The position numbers were made by a program, and so were the translations under genes. Below the pieces are notes generated by a model. It made no database searches. It was not told the DNA's origin and was given only the letters and a program-made list of their open reading frames with translations. Positions 62,901-64,000 of a stretch of DNA of 64,000 nucleotides are shown piece after piece (positions within the stretch are counted from its first letter, which is position 1; each line of letters opens with the position of its first letter). This DNA comes from an uncultured Pseudomonadota bacterium (GTDB taxonomy: Bacteria > Oederibacteriota > Muellerivitia > Muellerivitales > Muellerivitaceae): assembly GCA_963843375.1 (NCBI GenBank), contig CAWJKT010000004.1, positions 416,001 to 480,000 on the forward strand, in the 5' to 3' direction.

Positions 62901-63478
62901 TCAGTTGACGCTTGCGCTTGCCGATGGGGACCGGGCTCGTGCTCGTGATCGTGGTCGCAGTCGGGGCCGTGCACGTGCTCGTGCGCCTCGTCGAGCTGCG
63001 CGGCCGCCTGCTCGATCTCGTCGTCGGTCGCCGCGCGGACGTCGCGCACCGTCACGTGGTAGCGCAGCGTCATCCCGGCGAGCGGGTGGTTCGCGTCGAC
63101 GACGACGAGGTCGTCGTTCACCTCGACGACGCTCATCGCGATCTCGTCGCCGTCGGGCGACTCGGCCACGAACTCGTCGCCGACGGCCACGCCCTTCGGG
63201 TCGGGCAACTCGGAGCGATCGAGCTCGAGGAGCAGGCTCGTCGTCGTACTCGCCGTAGCCCGCCTCGGCCGGCACGACGACGTCGCGCTCGTCGCCCGCG
63301 TGCAGGCCCGACCAGCGCCGCCTCGAGCCCCGGCACGAGCATCCCGTAGCCGTGGACGTAACGAATGGGCTCGCCGTCCTCGCCCTCGCTGGCGTCGAGC
63401 ATGTCGCCCTCTTCGTCGCGCAGCTCGTAGTCGACGCGTGACGTGGGCGTTCGGCTGGATGGTCGGATGCGTGGTCAC
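62901..63478 (-). CDS. slyD: FKBP-type PPIase SlyD, frameshifted
   Basis: YVHGYGMLVPGLEAAL, PAEAGYG, VDANHPLAG..L, VRAATDDE, His-rich tail HEHVHGPDCDHDHEH. Confidence 0.9.
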
Positions 63479-63536
63479 GGCAGGCGGGAGAAGTAGCGCG
63501 TAGGCGGCCCCCCGTCGAGTCGGCTTGGCGGCCGCG

Positions 63537-64000
63537 CTAGCCCGCGCTCGGGCTGCTCACTTGCGCCTCATCGCTCGCCTCCGGGCGCCGCTGCGGTCGC
63601 GGCTCGGGCCGTGGTCGTGGTCCGGGTTGCGCACGGGCGGCTCGGTCGCCGCGAGGGTGCGCCGTACCCGGTCGAGCTCGGGACGGAAGCGGCCGGCGAG
63701 CTTGCCGTCGTGCCAGGAGGGTCGCCACGAGCTCGCGGAGGACGGGGTCCTTGACGGTGGCCCAGCGGTTCATCAGGTCGAACACGGGACGCCGAAGCGC
63801 AGGGCCAGCGCGAGGCGGCGCCTCTTCGAGCGCCTCGAGGAGGGCCTTGTGCCCCGGGTACCTCGCGGCGGCTCGGGGCGCGTCTCGGGCGAGCGCGAAG
63901 GCCTCGTCGAGTCGACCGGACGGCCCGTCGGCCTGTGCAGGCTGCGTGAGCCAGGGCTCGCGCGCGAGGGCGCGCACCACGGCGGCGGCGTGGAAGTAGC
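63537..64000 (-). CDS. Hypothetical protein, partial at window edge
   Basis: GC3-rich minus frame; no recognisable motif. Confidence 0.4.
   Translation of the reverse strand, partial: YFHAAAVVRALAREPWLTQPAQADGPSGRLDEAFALARDAPRAAARYPGHKALLEALEEAPPRAGPALRRPVFDLMNRWATVKDPVLRELVATLLARRQARRPLPSRARPGTAHPRGDRAARAQPGPRPRPEPRPQRRPEASDEAQVSSPSAG

Noticed and set aside
44689..64000. Many long overlapping Arg/Ala/Pro-rich ORFs as novel genes
   Set aside because: Shadow frames of very high-GC DNA; the real genes are recognisable by motifs split across frames
44689..64000. Horizontally acquired myxobacterial island
   Set aside because: Junction is mid-gene on both sides, has no mobility signature, and the segment carries core housekeeping genes

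Overview
The window joins DNA from two unrelated organisms. Bases 1 to ~44,689 are moderate-GC (roughly half GC by eye) and from a diderm bacterium. They start with housekeeping genes (mdh, cysC, two YfhO-type membrane glycosyltransferases, aconitase, copZ-copA). A ~26 kb stress/redox island follows (YceI, DedA, a XylR/V4R sigma54 activator, pirin, Crp/Fnr, ADH, rhodanese, two SODs, Dps, ferritin-like protein, many small paralogous proteins, gnd-zwf-ROK), then an RND pump. At ~44,689 the RND gene is fused mid-gene to a very GC-rich, myxobacterial-looking segment (nadE C-terminus, 42-bp tandem repeat, IS3, HTTM, two SGNH proteins, VWA, gltX, Ser/Thr kinase-ATPase, HtrA, slyD) that is full of indel frameshifts; this is most likely a chimeric read or misassembly. 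Three signals stand out. (1) A self-contained sigma54 regulon: nine GG-N10-GC promoters and six copies of a bipartite enhancer motif around the V4R activator. (2) A 1,808-bp IS1-family element with perfect 21-bp IRs and an 8-bp TSD, carrying passenger ORFs and a switch-like structured RNA. (3) That IS splits a small His/Asp/Trp-rich lipoprotein gene absent from the ORF track. All family calls come from motif recognition by eye, with no database searches.
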